Shown here: piece by piece, positions 25,080 through 39,110 of the stretch | Layout: each line of letters starts with the position of its first letter | Numbering within the stretch: position 1 is the first letter of the stretch | Origin: Lama glama | Taxonomy: Eukaryota | DNA: 64,000 nucleotides | Direction: 5' to 3' | Assembly (NCBI GenBank): GCA_028534125.1 | Contig: CM052818.1 | Coordinates: 28,150,001 to 28,214,000 of the forward strand | Made by a program: the position numbers and the translations under genes | Notes under the pieces: generated by a model | Databases searched by the model: none | The model's input: the letters and a program-made list of their open reading frames with translations, nothing else | Told to the model about the DNA's origin: nothing

Positions 25080-25280
25080 TTGTCAAGGAGGCTAATAAAA
25101 ATTTAATTGGAACTTCAGAAAAAGAGAGGAAAAGAATGGCATAGAAAACATAACTAAAGAAATATTGACTGAAAGTTTGGTGAATGTGATTAAAAAACCA
25201 GCAGACCCAAGAAGCTCAATGAACTCCAAACCAGACAGGTGCAAGAAAAGCCATACAGAGGTACGTTAGTCATCAAAGCC
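25080..25280 (+). mobile_element. Old L1 ORF1 fragment
   Basis: atttaattggaacttcagaa...aaagaaatattgactgaaag...cagacccaagaagctcaatgaactcca resembles the ORF1 region IGVPE..EI..ENF..IQEAQRTP. Confidence 0.65.
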
Positions 25281-27199
25281 TCGCCTCTTGACGCCTTTTT
25301 CAGCTATATACTTGAAGAGTAGAAAAAAAGTGTACACAACTAGTCATACTTATATAATTATAATTCATATGATATACATTTTCAAAGGTCTTCATCGCAG
25401 CCCATGATTATCCAGCGAAGTTGGTGAATTCTCTCAGGAAGTGGGATTAGGTAAAGAGAAACCTTAGACTAATTTTTTTTTAATTTAGAGAAAAGTATAT
25501 AATACAGATTTATAAAATACCATTAAGGTTGAATGTTTAATAATTTAATAAAATTGTGTGTTTAGTAATTTTGTAATTTCCTTATGTCAAGAAAATACTG
25601 ATTATTTTAAAAACATGAATCTAAAATTTTATCTCTTCTAGAAATAATGATAAGTTTAGAGTTATGTGAAATAGAAAAATATAGCATATGTAACTTTCAT
25701 TCTTAATATATTGTCTTTAAACATGAATTTGCTAGTGATTTCTCTGCATGATTTAATTTAAATGTAGCATAGTCACTACATTTTTGGTACTTTAAAAACA
25801 ATACTATAATTTTGCTTCATACCTCACACAGAAAAAATAGATTATGTACTAGCACAGCAATAAAAGCACAAATGTTATTTTGAGGTCTAAGTTTGAAATG
25901 TAAGAAGAAATGCTCAATTTAACTAAAATCACTCACCTAGAAGGCACAGTATCAAAGCTGTGATTAGATTTGATAAGCAAGTATAACATATGTGATCAAA
26001 CAGGCAAAAGCAGTAACATTCAAGAGCATTTAACGTACCAGGACTAATTTTGCTTTTCACAGTAGTGTTAGGGCTCACCTTCAGGACGGCTCACAATACT
26101 AAGCACGACATGGATAAAAGCCATGATGTGTCCAAATGAAAATCTTAATAGGATCTCAGAAACTATTCAAAATTTTCCCAGCAAGAAAAATTGAAAGCCA
26201 GTGGGACAGGAACTCAAGGGCTCAGTATTAGTGTGGCAAAAACACAAAGATGCAAAGGCAAATAGAAAGTAAATTCCCTAAGAACTGTTGAGAGTCAGTA
26301 CAGATAAACCAAGTCCATAGTTCAAGAAGAGGAAAAGAAACAAAAACAAAAGCAACTTTGTTATTTGAAAACAAGTTTAAATGGAAAAAAACAGATGGGA
26401 AGCAAAAATGTGGAGATTAACCTTTTGCTACTACTTAGGATAAAGTCACAAGACCACATCTTCATCACTCGAATCACAGAAACTTGCCAGATAAGCTACA
26501 AAATCAGAGACTCAGAAAATCAGATAGCTGAGGTTACAAAGAAATCTAAATTACAGAAAGCGACAAGCCCTATCTTGGAGAAAAAACCATGCTTTTGTCC
26601 ATCTTTGTCAGAAAGCTGTTAAGAAAAATCTATCACAAAATAGAAATGAAGACAAACATCTAACGAATTAGTAATATTTGTGTGTTGACTAGCATGCTGC
26701 ATTAGAATCCTGAGCAGCACCAGAGAAAGAAGTTTTTCTCTACTTGACACGTTTCTCTCACAGGCCTTCTCACATGCGTAACACAGTACAGTGAGGGCGA
26801 GATGTGCAGTGAGAGAGAGCTGAGAGGGCGTGCTCTCAGGAAGATTGAATTTTCCCTGGTGGGAAGCAAAGCTCTTCTCAAGGTGGGATTCAGGACAAAA
26901 GAGCTCGGAAAATATTTCTGAAACACTGTGGACCTACTTGCTGAATTGCAACAAACTTTTGAAACCAAGGTAAGGACATAATTTCCACAGGTGTAGAAAT
27001 TAGTGGGTGGGACAAGAGAGTAGAAAGATATTTGCAGAAATACAGATAACTGGTAATCTAGCTAAAAAACAGAGAAAAATTCCCCACAGTTTAGAAAGTT
27101 GAGGGCTGAGTTGCTAATTGGAAAAGAAAAAGTTTTCAGAACGTTGTTCTTTACATCTCAAAATCTAATAAAACAGATGTCACTATTCTGCCTTCAGAA

Positions 27200-29745
27200 T
27201 ATTTGAATTTAGTAATGAAATGAATCTGAACTAAATATGCCAAAAAGCTGAGACTCATCTCAGCTAGAGATTGGATTGACTTAGCACTCCAAAGTTGCAG
27301 CCTTACAGAGAGCCTTACATGTTTTTAGAAGAGATACATATTATTATTCCAGTCTCTAGTTTTTGACAATGTCTAGCATACAATAAAAAAATTTACAAGA
27401 CATTTAATGAAGCATGAAAACAGGACCCATGATCAAGAAAGAAGAAAGTTAGTAGAGAAAACCCAGAATTAATAGAGATGTTCTAATTATCAGAGAAGAG
27501 TTTTAAAGTAACTGATAAAAATATTAAAAGATTTACTATAAAAATGGAAAATATTAATGAATGTATGAAAATATTCAGCAGAATAGAAGCTTAAAAATAG
27601 AACAAAATTGAAATGTTAAAAAATACTACATAAAAATGAATCTCTCACTTGAGTGCTTAATACAAGACTGAATCCAATATGACAAAAGAAGAGTAAACCT
27701 GAAGGAAAACTGATCCATAAAAGAAAAAAGTGAAAAATGAACAAGTTTTCAATGCCTATGGGAAAATGTCCAATGCCCTGATACATTCATAATTGGATTT
27801 TCAAAAAGAGGAGAAAAATAATAGGGCAGAAGAAATAATTAAAGAGATAGCTAAGAGGGGAAAGGGAAGAGCACACCTTGGCACATTATAGTTAATCTCC
27901 TGAAACCGAAGAGAAAGAACAGTTATTAAAAGCAGAGAGAGAAAGAGAGGGAGAGGGAGTGGGGAGGGAGACAGAGAGAGAGAAGACACCTCATAGACAA
28001 CAGAAGGTAAGAATGATGGCTGATTCCTCTTCTCATTTGAAACAGTGGAGTCCAAATATTATTGAAGGATAGATTTAATGTGCTGAAAGAAAAAACAGTC
28101 AACTTAGAATTCTGTATACAGCAAAAAATGTTCTTCAAAAATGAGGGCAAAGTAAAAACATTTTCAGACAGTCAGTTGTTTAGAGGATTTATGTGCAGCA
28201 GATTTCCAGTACAAGAAATTCCAAAAGAAATTCTTCAAGCTAAAGACATGATGAAAACCAATAACTGCAGAGATGAGTAAAAAGAATAGAAACTATAACT
28301 TTTTTGAGATATAAAGCTATAATGATTATAGCAATGTGGTATTGTTTTAAATGAAGACAAGTAGATAAATGGAATTCTGATCTCTACAGTTTTTTCCCAG
28401 TGTTTAGCATACAGTAAAACATTTACAAGTCATTAATGAAGCATGAAAATAAAACCCCTGACCAAGAAAAGAAGGAAGTTAGTGGAGGCAGACCCAGAAT
28501 TGATACAGATGTTCTAACTATCTATATTGAAAAATTCAGAGATATACTTATCCTTAGACTGTCAATTGATTTTGAATTACGAGTCAGGGAAATTTGATAG
28601 AAGATTTTTTTAACAATTGGTGTTGGAACAATTCAATATTCATATGTTAAAAAAATAAATAAATGAAACTATCAGTATCCCTTCACATATAAAATGGGTG
28701 GATCATAGTCGTATATACATGGTAGCAAGAAACACACAAGGTCTAAAAATAGACCATCTTGGTGAATTTGCAATAAGGAAAGATTTCTTAGAACAATAAC
28801 TTTAAACATAACAATATAAACATTTTGACTTTCAAAAACGACAAAATGAGTAAAAAAGTTACAGAGTGGGAAAATATTCAAAACACATAAGTACACAATT
28901 CACACAGTTCGTATCAGAATACAAACTGATCGATACCTAAAATAGTTGAGGGGCATAATAAACACGTAGTAGGAAGCCAAAAATACTATAAACGTGGACA
29001 AAAGATGCTCAATGTATTTATCATCAGAAAGTACACTTTAAAACCACAATGTGTTGCTAATTCACACACAATAGGATGATTAAAAAGCCTGAGGACACCA
29101 ATGTGAAGCAGCAAAACACGTACACGTTGCTAGTGGGCACGTAAAACCTTATGACTACTCTTCACAATGAGTTAGTTTTCCCCTAGCTAAGAAAATATTG
29201 ACCTCTGAGAAAGGCTTTCAATTCCTAACTGTCTGTCTTAGTTACACCCAAAAAATAAAACCACTTGTATAGATATGTTCAAAGCAGATATACTCTTAAA
29301 CCAAACATGGAAATAACCTAAGTCATCCACCAACAGGTGAATGAAAAAAAAACAAATCATGTGCGTTTCAGCCGTGGAACACTGCTACGGCAATTAGAAT
29401 TTAACAAACAAAAATGAATACACACAGTGGTGTGTATTAATCACAAAGAGATTATGTTGAATAACAAAGCCCGACACAAATGAGTCCATATTGTATTTTT
29501 TTGGTTTACATGAATTTTTAGAAGAGAGAAAACAGACTAATAAATGGAAATAGAAATCCGAACTGTTTTTTACCCTATGTGGAGCAGGGACTTGCTAGAA
29601 GGGAACTGAGGGCATCATTCTGGGGTGAGGGAAATGTTCAATCCTGAACAGGGTGGAGGTTTCTGGATGCGTGCATTTATCAGAACTCAGTGAATTATAT
29701 GGTTTAATCGGTGAGCGTTTCAGTATATATAAATTTTACCTCAGA
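27200..29745 (+). mobile_element. Ancient internally deleted L1 (L1ME/MD-like): 5' region, ORF1, ORF2 C-terminus and 3'UTR
   Basis: ORF 28062-28280 contains FNVLKEK...FKNEGKVKTFSD (ORF1 C-terminus); ORF2 C-terminal remnants (aaagatgctcaatg..aaaaccacaatg); L1ME-type 3' end ttctggggtgaggggaaatgttc...tatataaattttacctc. Confidence 0.8.
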
Positions 29746-30244
29746 GGGAAAAATATGAGGAGATTTAGCATAACAACAATAGTAATGCTGAAGAGATTTT
29801 AATGGCTGTTTTGGCATAAAGTTAGCTCTAGGCATACTCCAACCTGGCCATCCCACATCTTGATTACTATATTTCATTTTAAACACCAAATTTTTAATGC
29901 ACACCAAGATGAACATTTATAGAAGATTACAGAGGAGGAGGATGGTTCTTACACTATCATTATGGGAGAAAAGAAGAAATAAGTGAAAATACTTATTATG
30001 GAAAATAGAATATATCTTGGTAAGGGCCTAGTAAATATTTTCAAATGATTGAAGAACAGTCACATGAGGGAGAAACCTGATTAGTTATGTATGAGACTGA
30101 GACACAGCGATAAACTGATGGAGCCCAAAGGATGACAAGTTTTTATGTTTCATCCGTGCAAACATAAAATCAATCTGAATTTAATTTTTTGTAATTGAAT
30201 GAAGATAGTATATCTTTTTGTTTCTGGTTGTATTCAAAGAAAGA

Positions 30245-30840
30245 AAAACTAAGTGGGCAGAGAAAAGGCCCCTGGGCCAGGGTCGTGGGGAGTCCTGCTC
30301 ATGGCACCAGGCCTGGCCACAGCCCTCCCCCCGCATTGCTGGTGGAGTGGGAGGGTAGGGTGGGCAGGGGCAGTCCTGTGGGGGCCACTGTTTACCTTGG
30401 TCAAAGACTCTTAATACTTCTCGAATGTGTTCCGCTTCTGTGGGCCAGTGATGAGGGCCTTGATGGGTTTGTTAACAGTCAACCAGGATCTCCTTGACCC
30501 TGTCAGTGATCTTGTCCGCATCAGTCTTCAGCTCTGAGATCTCTTCCTGGCAGTGGCAGAGGTGAAGGAGCTGCTCCAGAATCTACTCCTCCAGGTTCAG
30601 GTTCTTGGGTAACTTCGTGTAGTAGTACCTGACCTTGACGTTCCCTTGGCACCTCACTGGGCCCTCCTTGTGCGTGCCACCATGGCCCTCACCTACAGCC
30701 CCTAGAGGGCTCTGAAAGTAGATGGGAGGTCCTGGGCCACCAGTGCTGTGCATTCACCCCACATACCCCTGCGGGACTGCTTTGCTGGTGGGGCTACGTG
30801 CACGCTCCTCCCAGCACTGTAGCCTCTGGAACAGCCAGCA
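30245..30840 (-). pseudogene. PPP1R14B: Decayed processed pseudogene of PPP1R14B (PHI-1, PP1 inhibitor)
   Basis: Manual translation from 30747: STGGPGPPIYFQSPLGAVGEGHGGTHKEGPVRCQGNVKVRYYYTKLPKNLNLEE*ILEQLLHLCHCQEEISELKTDADKITDRVKEILVDC*, versus recalled PPP1R14B SGGPGPRVYFQSPPGAAGEGPGGADDEGPVRRQGKVTVKYDRKELRKRLNLEEWILEQL..LYDCQEEEIPELEIDVD..RVKELLVDC; intronless; W>stop at 30583-30585; internal deletion and frameshift; followed by GC-rich 3'UTR-like sequence. Confidence 0.9.
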
Positions 30841-31775
30841 GGTTGGGATGTTATAGCTGGATTTAAACATTGTGGCTGGTATGCTAGTAAACTTTGCTTC
30901 CTTTCAATAAGGAGGGGGTTTTTTGGTAGTTGTTTTGGTATTTCCATACCACTATACTGTGTAACAACAATTTTAATTTCCCGCTGAGACCTAGAATATG
31001 TACAACTTAGTAGCACAGGGAAGCAAATTTATTAAATGTGCACAAGAAATAAAACTTCATTCTCTAAGGCACTCATATTATTTTAAAAAACTATTAATTG
31101 ACACTGTTTTGTGCATGGATTTCCAGGAATACTGAGACTATCACTGATGGTAGAATTTCTGTAGTAAGGTTAACTGGAAACTCATTACCATCAAGGACAG
31201 GGGAAGTTTCTCTAGGATTTTATCTAAATCCATGGCAGAATTATGATATTTTAAATAGTGTCTCTTCTAACTCCCAAATTAATAGACTAGTATTTTGGTA
31301 AAAGCATATTTAAATGTATTTTCTGATTTCTTGACAGTATTGTCATGGATTTATCATGAAGCCTGGGGATAACTGGCAGGAAACGGAGAGTTATCTGCTA
31401 ATATTGGCTCAGAGGACACTGTCATGACGTTCTGTATCAAATCCATACATCTAAGATAGCTGGATGCATACTGAAGAGAAAAGTATCAACACACTTTGTA
31501 ATAAATCTGAGTGAGAGGAATGCTAACATGTACGGAATCGAAGTGAATGAAATGGGATGAAATGTGTATTCTGAGCAGAAATCAGGATTTCAGATAAATG
31601 TAAACATCATAACCAGATTCTGAGGCTACACCTGGCACTCCCCTGGGTAAATATTTGATCAGAAAGTATCTTCAGCCTATGATGACTATCGTTTATTAAT
31701 GATTTAGTATTTCAGTTTTCTAAAATTTTATCAGTTCAGAAGAATCCTCGCTGTCATTCTGGGTTGTTAGCTGGT

Positions 31776-32200
31776 GTAGACTGTATTATTTGTCCACAGT
31801 TCTTTCTTCTCTCACCATCTTCACCATGGCTTTCCTATGGGTAGGTTATACTTTCCTGCTCACTCATTTTGGACTTCGTTGCTTTCCACAGTGAAATGTG
31901 GATACAGATAGCTTCAACATGAGGCTTTAGGAACCGTGGTAAAATCTCACCAAACTTCTTGGAGCTGCTGACTTTGGTGATAAAGAACACATGCTGAGAA
32001 GTCTTTACATGGCCTTAGAATGATGGTACTTGTAGCAGAACTAAGCTCTACTCAAAGCCAGCAGCCTAGCCTAGTCCAGCAGGTAATTCTACCTGAGATC
32101 AGTCAAGTTGTGGTTTATGTATAAATCCATAAGTATGAAATACTATTTTTGTACAGGACACTGAGATTTTGGGCATTGGTTGCTATGCAGCTTTCTCACA
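31776..32200 (+). mobile_element. Old MaLR LTR (MLT1I/J-like)
   Basis: tgtagactgtattatttgtccacag start, tatactttcctgctc..ttttggactt, end cactgagattttgggcattggttgctatgcagc. Confidence 0.7.
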
Positions 32201-32284
32201 GCATCTGGGTTATCCAGTGCCTAAGTCTAAGACACTGCTTGTTCATAATGATTGGAGGCTTAGATATTTCAGCCAGAGCAAAGA

Positions 32285-32878
32285 CTGTTCATTTATTCCA
32301 CAAATCGTTTTCTGTGTGACTGCTATGGGTTAGACAATGTGCAGAAAATTGAGTGAAAACTGTTGTGGTCCACGCATTTATGTAGCTTACTTTATAATTA
32401 GGTAGTTATTAATCAGTAATATTGCAAATGCAAATATAAATTTCCCTTGTTCAGAGGGCTGCTAAAAGAGGGAGGTTTAGACCTATCTAAAGATGTAGTA
32501 CTTAAGTTATGGTATAATCATTTCTAGAAGTGAACTGGTGAAAGGAGAGGAATATTCTAACACAGATACAAAGTGTATTAAGCAAAGTGTATTAAGCAAA
32601 TGTAAGGGAACTAAAATAATGTCAAATCTGGGAGTGTGCAGAAAAATGAATAGAACATTATGTGAGATGGAGCCGAAAAAAGATTTAGAGTCAAATAGAA
32701 AAGCGAGTTTTAAGTCTAGTTTGGGGTTTTGACTTTGAGAGCACTAGGAAGCCACTAAAACGGTAGAAGCAGCATGATAAACAGATTCTGCATTTTGAGG
32801 CTGTGATAGTTACTCAGGTGAGAGGTTTTTGTTAATTTGGACTAATACAGTGGTAGAGGAGATTGAAAAATAGACAGG

Positions 32879-32912
<34 letters not shown>

Positions 32913-33010
32913 TAAAATAAAGAGAAAATCGTGAAATTGATTATAGGAGTGAGGGTAAGAATGGAGTCAGGAATCACTCCGAGGCTGGCTTTTGATATTG
33001 GATGGAAAGT
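32285..33010 (-). mobile_element. L2 remnant
   Basis: ttcatttattccacaaat.. tail; ggaagccactaaaac..aagcagcatg..; ggagtcaggaatcactcc resemble reverse L2. Confidence 0.6.
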
Positions 33011-34307
33011 TAATAGTTGGCTGTAACATCTCAAAATGTAGATCTATGTACAAATTTAATGTTATTGATAGTATTTACAAAACAAAAATATATTCATATA
33101 TTCTCCAGATTTTATGGTCACTACTTATATATTTTGTACATTAAAAGAACCAACATTAAAATTTTTTTTAATTTGTGGAGAAAATCTTCAGGTCTCTACT
33201 ATGTTTAGAACATACCAAATAAATTGTTGGAACACTTTTCTTCAAAAAGTTGTATCCTTGAAGAGGTTCAGGAAAACCTCAACTATAAAAACTTCCCCAA
33301 ATTGCAAAAACAAACAAAAAAAGACTATCTTAGATTTCAGGAATTGATTTTGATATCTGCAGTAGTTTTCTTTCAAAGGCTCAAGAAATGTGTGTAGGGA
33401 ACAACTATAACTCATTGATTTTACAGTCCACTGTAAGATCACAAAAATATTATTGCTTTAAATTAAATGGACTTGTGAAAACAGTGTCACTGAAAACATA
33501 GCGTAATAAAATGCTTTGTATTAAATTTAGAGAAGTTGGCTTTGGATACTTCTTTGTCTGAAAATAGTTACAAGATGGTCAAATCTCATTTTTCTTGGTC
33601 TTAGGTTTCTGCACTTGTAAAATTAGATGATTAGACAAAAAAAATCTGACACATTTCTTGAATTTCCATTCCTGTGATTTTTGAAGGACTGTAACTTCTG
33701 ATCATAAGATTTAGGTTAATTTTCAATATGGTGATATGATAACAGCAGGTCTTTTGGACAACGAGTACAACTGATCCCTTTGGACAGAAGTAATAGCTGG
33801 AAATGGCTCTGGGACTCGTTCACTAACTTGCACATAGACACGTTCTGGCTTGTAGAATTTGCCTATTCTTGTTTTCCTGAGCTAATGGCAGTTGGTCCAC
33901 ATTCTCAAGTTTGCCACCAACTCCATTATGTCTTCAGCCAGATGTTCCATAAATTTGTGTGTATATAACATGTATAATCAAGGAAGTTATATAGTGTGAA
34001 TATTAAATAAGAAACACTTTAATAAGTTTATTCTGTGCAATAATTTTGTTGTATCATAAATTTGACAGATATCTTAATTTTCAGATTCAATTTTTAATTT
34101 TCAAGTTCAGATTCACTCAGTTATTTATTTACTTAGCTACTTATCCATTCTATACATATTCATTGAGTGATTGCTGTATACCAGGAAAGATTCTAGACAC
34201 TGTAGGACAGAAGAGAACAAAAGAGGAAGAAAAAATATATTCATGGAACTTATGTGATAATGAAAAGAGAAAGGAATTGTCAAAATAAATGCACATATAT
34301 GCATGTT

Positions 34308-34309
<2 letters not shown>

Positions 34310-34362
<53 letters not shown>
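34310..34362. repeat. (TG)n microsatellite
   Basis: Directly visible. Confidence 0.95.
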
Positions 34363-34364
<2 letters not shown>

Positions 34365-37300
34365 ATATATACCAGATATCCCTGGGATGAAGTAGAACAG
34401 GAAAAATGTCCTTCTTTTCCTGCTAAAGGATTCATTTTGCTCTAGATTTAACCAGAAAGCTAAAGATGGATGTGAGCAATGCATATGGCATATTGCTTAA
34501 ATAGAGTAAGCCACTTAATTTATAAAATATCTTTATATTTTTTAATTACATAGCTTACTTGACATTTTTGAAAGGAGCCTAAACATACATACACAAATTC
34601 CAGTGTTATTTACAATAAAGAACTGACACAGACCAAGTACTTTCTAACAATAGTATTCCACATGTAAGAATTCTCTTGCTAGTAAATAGCCAAGAGGTCT
34701 GTTGTTAGCATGTCTGCATCTCTCAGTTTTTGCCCAAGATGTCCCCAGGAAAGATAAAGAGGAAATGTCAGGTTGCTACCATCTCCTTCCAAGCTAATAA
34801 TTTTTTATTACCTGTATTATTTAGTGTACTCAAGTTGGTGTTATCTTTTCAAAAAAGCGGGTTTGCCAGTTCTTCCACTACTAAGCTGATTCAGTGATGA
34901 CTGATCACCGTCATTTAATTAGGGATGTGATCTACTGACACTGATTTTCAGCCGTGGTGAGGCTTAGTCTACCTCTAGGTTACCAGTCACCTTCCAGCGT
35001 TTTCAGCTGAAATCTTGATATGTTCTTTGTGGTCTCTTCCTCTGGCAAGTTTAGACATCTCTTCTTTATTCCCCATGCTTCTGAAAGCTCCACTTCTGTT
35101 TTTCCAAGATTGTATGCTTACGTTTTCACTCTCTGACCCAGTGAAATTCCTAAGTAAGGTTTACCTGCCCTTGAGTGTCAGAGCAACCATATGCTTAAAG
35201 CTCTTTGTCTCCAACAAAGGCTCTGCTGAATATTTTGCCCCTGAGACAACTAATCTGACTTCCTTACAACTGTACTCATTAATGTTCTTGTCATGTTTCA
35301 GTCTTCTGCTTGTAACCTCATTGAAGTAGAAGTCCTAATTTGCTTGATTAGTAAATGAGGCAACATTCTTCAAAATTTAAAAGTTTGTAGTTTGTAAGAA
35401 TTCTAAAAATAATATAAATCTCTATAGAATGTAGTTTTAAATAAAGTATACATTCTAAAACTTAACAAGAAATCACATTATCTAATTTTGTAAACACTGA
35501 TAACAAGCCATACTTCTGTAGAAATTAATTTTACATAGAAAAAGTTGTGTTGATGTAGTATTCAATGTGTTAATGATATATAAATGATTACTTAAATAAC
35601 TGTTTCATTATAAAGAAAATTTATCATTACTTGAATATGACCATTTATACTTGCACACTGGCTTTGGGAAGAATATATGATTTGTCTTTTTTTAGATTTA
35701 CATTTTTAAAAACCTCTTTAGATAAGTTAGTTTGAAGAATGCATAAATTAACTAATGTTTCAGAAAGACTAGTATTGCACATAATTAGCACCTGAATACT
35801 AAGAGGTGGTTAGTATCCATGGTTACAGGGTCACAACTGAAAGGTCTGTCCCTCTTAACAGAGCAGAAAAAGCTTCTTATCTTTTTATCATTTAAGCACT
35901 GGAAGTGGGAGACGGTGGAATCATGTAGAAAGAGTGAAGTCTTCATATTTACTTCACATCACACCATTTCAGTGTTAACTGATCATCTAAGATTTCTCAA
36001 TTGTGTTCAATACTGTAGAGCAGACAGGAATGTAACAGGTATTTGGCTTCCAGTGGAGCCACAATTTGAAGAAGTGGGTAAAAGGCTGAGCATAGTTTGG
36101 GACTTGCTGTGTTTTAGATCAGTTGGGACATTTGGAAATATGTATCTCATTATCAGGAGAGAGAAAGCAGGAATAAAGAGATAGATTTGCTGGCCTTATT
36201 CATAGAGGTGATAGATTAAACTTTTAAATCTAAGGAGATCACCCAAGAGGAACTGGAGCACATAAAGAGAAAAATCTGAAGGCAGAAACTTAAGATATCT
36301 TTTATATTTTAAGTAATACAATGGCACTAATTGTTAAATACTTTAGTCCTTCAAGTTTTTCTGGAAGATCTGTTTAACTGATATTAAAATCATATAATCT
36401 AAGGTCTTTTAATTGAGACTGTATTCAGTCTGTATGTTATCTGATTATTATATTATTTTACTTACTATGTCTCTAAAATATAGATTAATAATACTAGGGC
36501 ACATATAGGAATAATGAACATACAATATTAAATTATACACTCAGAATATATTGTATTCTCATTTAATGACACATACATGTCTTGCATATGTTTTGTTAGA
36601 GTGTGTGTTTTCAATTACAAATGGGTATTGAATTTGAATTTTTAAAATGCTCTTTGTTTGAAATTATGGTAATGATTTTTTTCTCCTTTGTATATCAACA
36701 CATTGATATGCATTATTGTCTTAATACATATCTTAATATAATTAAATAATATAATTCAGCTTTATACAATTCACTAATACTCTCTTGGAATTGAATTTGC
36801 CTTTGGTTTGCAAACATAGACTTAGAGATATTAAAACCTTAGTAGATGAATCTGATTTTAAATTAAAATCACAACCACAAAATATGAAAAGTGCTATAAG
36901 AGAAAAACGGTTTTCTGTTAATGAATAGAGAGTGGATTAAGTTTAGATTATAGATGAAACAGGAGCAGTGCCTCTGAAGAGGTGACATTTAGACCCATAT
37001 ATGGTCTACTTTGGTAGCCTGCCCTCTTTCTTACCTATAATTTGCATATTACTTAGGTCCAGATGAAATAACCAATAACATATGCTTCTAGGCCCTTCTG
37101 GAAAATGTTCTGACAAGCTCCATAATGGAATTGATCTAGTAGGCTTACATTCCAGAAGATTTCAGAAAGAAGGAATCTAGTTCTAGTGAGTGGGAACTAG
37201 ATATATTCTCCTTTAACTTTAGTGTTTTAGTTAGGATTCAGTCAGAAAATACATAGACTAGCTTTAAGGACAAAGAGACCACCAAAAGATTAGCAATGGT

Positions 37301-38879
37301 AAGAAATCTCCATCTCTGCGGCTAGAGAGAGAAAGAGGAAATTACGTAACTAGATCCCAGGAGCTGGTGTCAACAGGTGGAAACTGGAAATGTATTAGCC
37401 CCTCCTGGTTGGAGCTGAGGTCACAGAGGATAAAACTGTTTAGTGGAGATTCAGCTGTCCTGAGACTCTGATTGGCTGAAACTTCCTAAAAGGCAGTAGG
37501 CAAGGGATTATGGGAAGTATATTTTTCTACAATACAGTGCAAGACAGGAAGGGGCTGGGAATGCATCTGAAAGAAAATAGGAAGACTATCAGAACCCCGT
37601 GGATAAATTATACTGTGCCTTGTTTGACAGGGAAAACTTAGAAACGCTGACTGAAGAATAAATGTGTCAGAATCAAAAAGGTATAAAAATTTATCTGTCA
37701 GTGCATAGTTCTAGTTTTTATTTCAAATTAAGTATTACCTTTTTTGAGATTCCAGAAAACTGTATCATACCTTTAATTATATGAATTTATGATGCTAAAC
37801 CACTAATTGTGCATTCATTTTATTTAATGTAATAATAGAATTGTCTAAAGTACTTGTACAATTTGTTCCTTCTCTCAATAGTGAGAATTGTCAAGCGACA
37901 TCAATTTGAAATTAGGCACTTGAAATTATGTGATAAATTATTTGGCATTGTAAGTTTGATTTCCTACCCCCCAAAAAATGAATATATAATTTGAGTAATT
38001 TAAAACTCAGTTGAAATTGTTTTGAGAAGTCAGGATTGCATCCTGTTATGATCTCCCCAGAAGCCTTAGTTGATCTCCCAGAAGCCTTACTTACAGTTTT
38101 AGAGATGCCACAGGGGCAGGTGGCAAAGACAGGTCTACTTCTCCTGAGCCAGTATCAACAGCATGGAACCTGGAGATCCTTGTCACAGAGGGAGGCCAGT
38201 GACTCCTGTGATGAGTAACTCCGACATGCTGAGTGACACTGAGACTGCTTTTTAAGTCTTAAATTAGCTTGAATACAGCCTTCACCCCTTTAACTTACAA
38301 GTTTACGTTACATTTTACTTGTGCAATTAAAATACTCCTTTGACCATATATACAAAAAGAGAAAATTCCATTTAAGTTAAACCTGTTTGTTTTTTCTTTA
38401 AAGTTTACCTTCTAACACCAGTGATAGAAAATCAACCCTACAGCATGCAAAATGCCTCACTAACACTCCCTTCCAAAAAAAAAAAAAAGGGAAAAAAACA
38501 CCATTTATCAGAAATATGTGTATAATGATTTAAAATGAGACGCGACTCTGTTGGTAATAACTTTAGGATTTCATTTGGCAGAAATGACACATATAGTTAT
38601 AGAAAGAATCTTTTTATAGGGAAAAGGTGCAAAATACAGGGAAAGTGAATTCTAATATGTATATTGCTCAGTGTGTCTAATCAGGGTTGTCTTCACGTAC
38701 AAGTAGAATTATTAATGGTCCCCTAGAGGGGTCTCCTAGAAATATCTTGACTATTGGAGGATCTGATTTCATTAATCTAGATTTTAGTTTCTCAAAGAAT
38801 ATGCTTTTTTCCTAAAATGGGAAAAGAAAGGAAGAAAATCAATTAGTACTTCCAGCTAAGTTTTCTACTATTTATTTAT

Positions 38880-39110
38880 AATATATGTTTATTGAACACA
38901 TCTCTGTGAGACCATTTTCTAAATTGTTTTGGGTGTTATTTTATGTAATCATAAAAAACCCTTGTGAAGTAATGAAGTACTTACATTTACCATCCTAATT
39001 TACAGCAGGAGGAAATTGATGGTTGTAGAGTTCAATTAGTTTACCCATTGTCATGCTGCCAAGAAATGGTTGAGTATATGCTCAAACACAAATCTGTCTG
39101 AATCCAGGAC
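38880..39110 (-). mobile_element. MIR SINE
   Basis: tttattgaacac...catcctaatttacagcaggaggaaattgatgg..agagttcaattagtttaccca..gtctgaatccag, reverse MIR. Confidence 0.7.

Noticed and set aside
32568..32600. Short tandem duplications (14 bp here; 21 bp at 4542; about 22 bp at 38050)
   Set aside because: Two-copy slippage events without spacers; not CRISPR-like arrays
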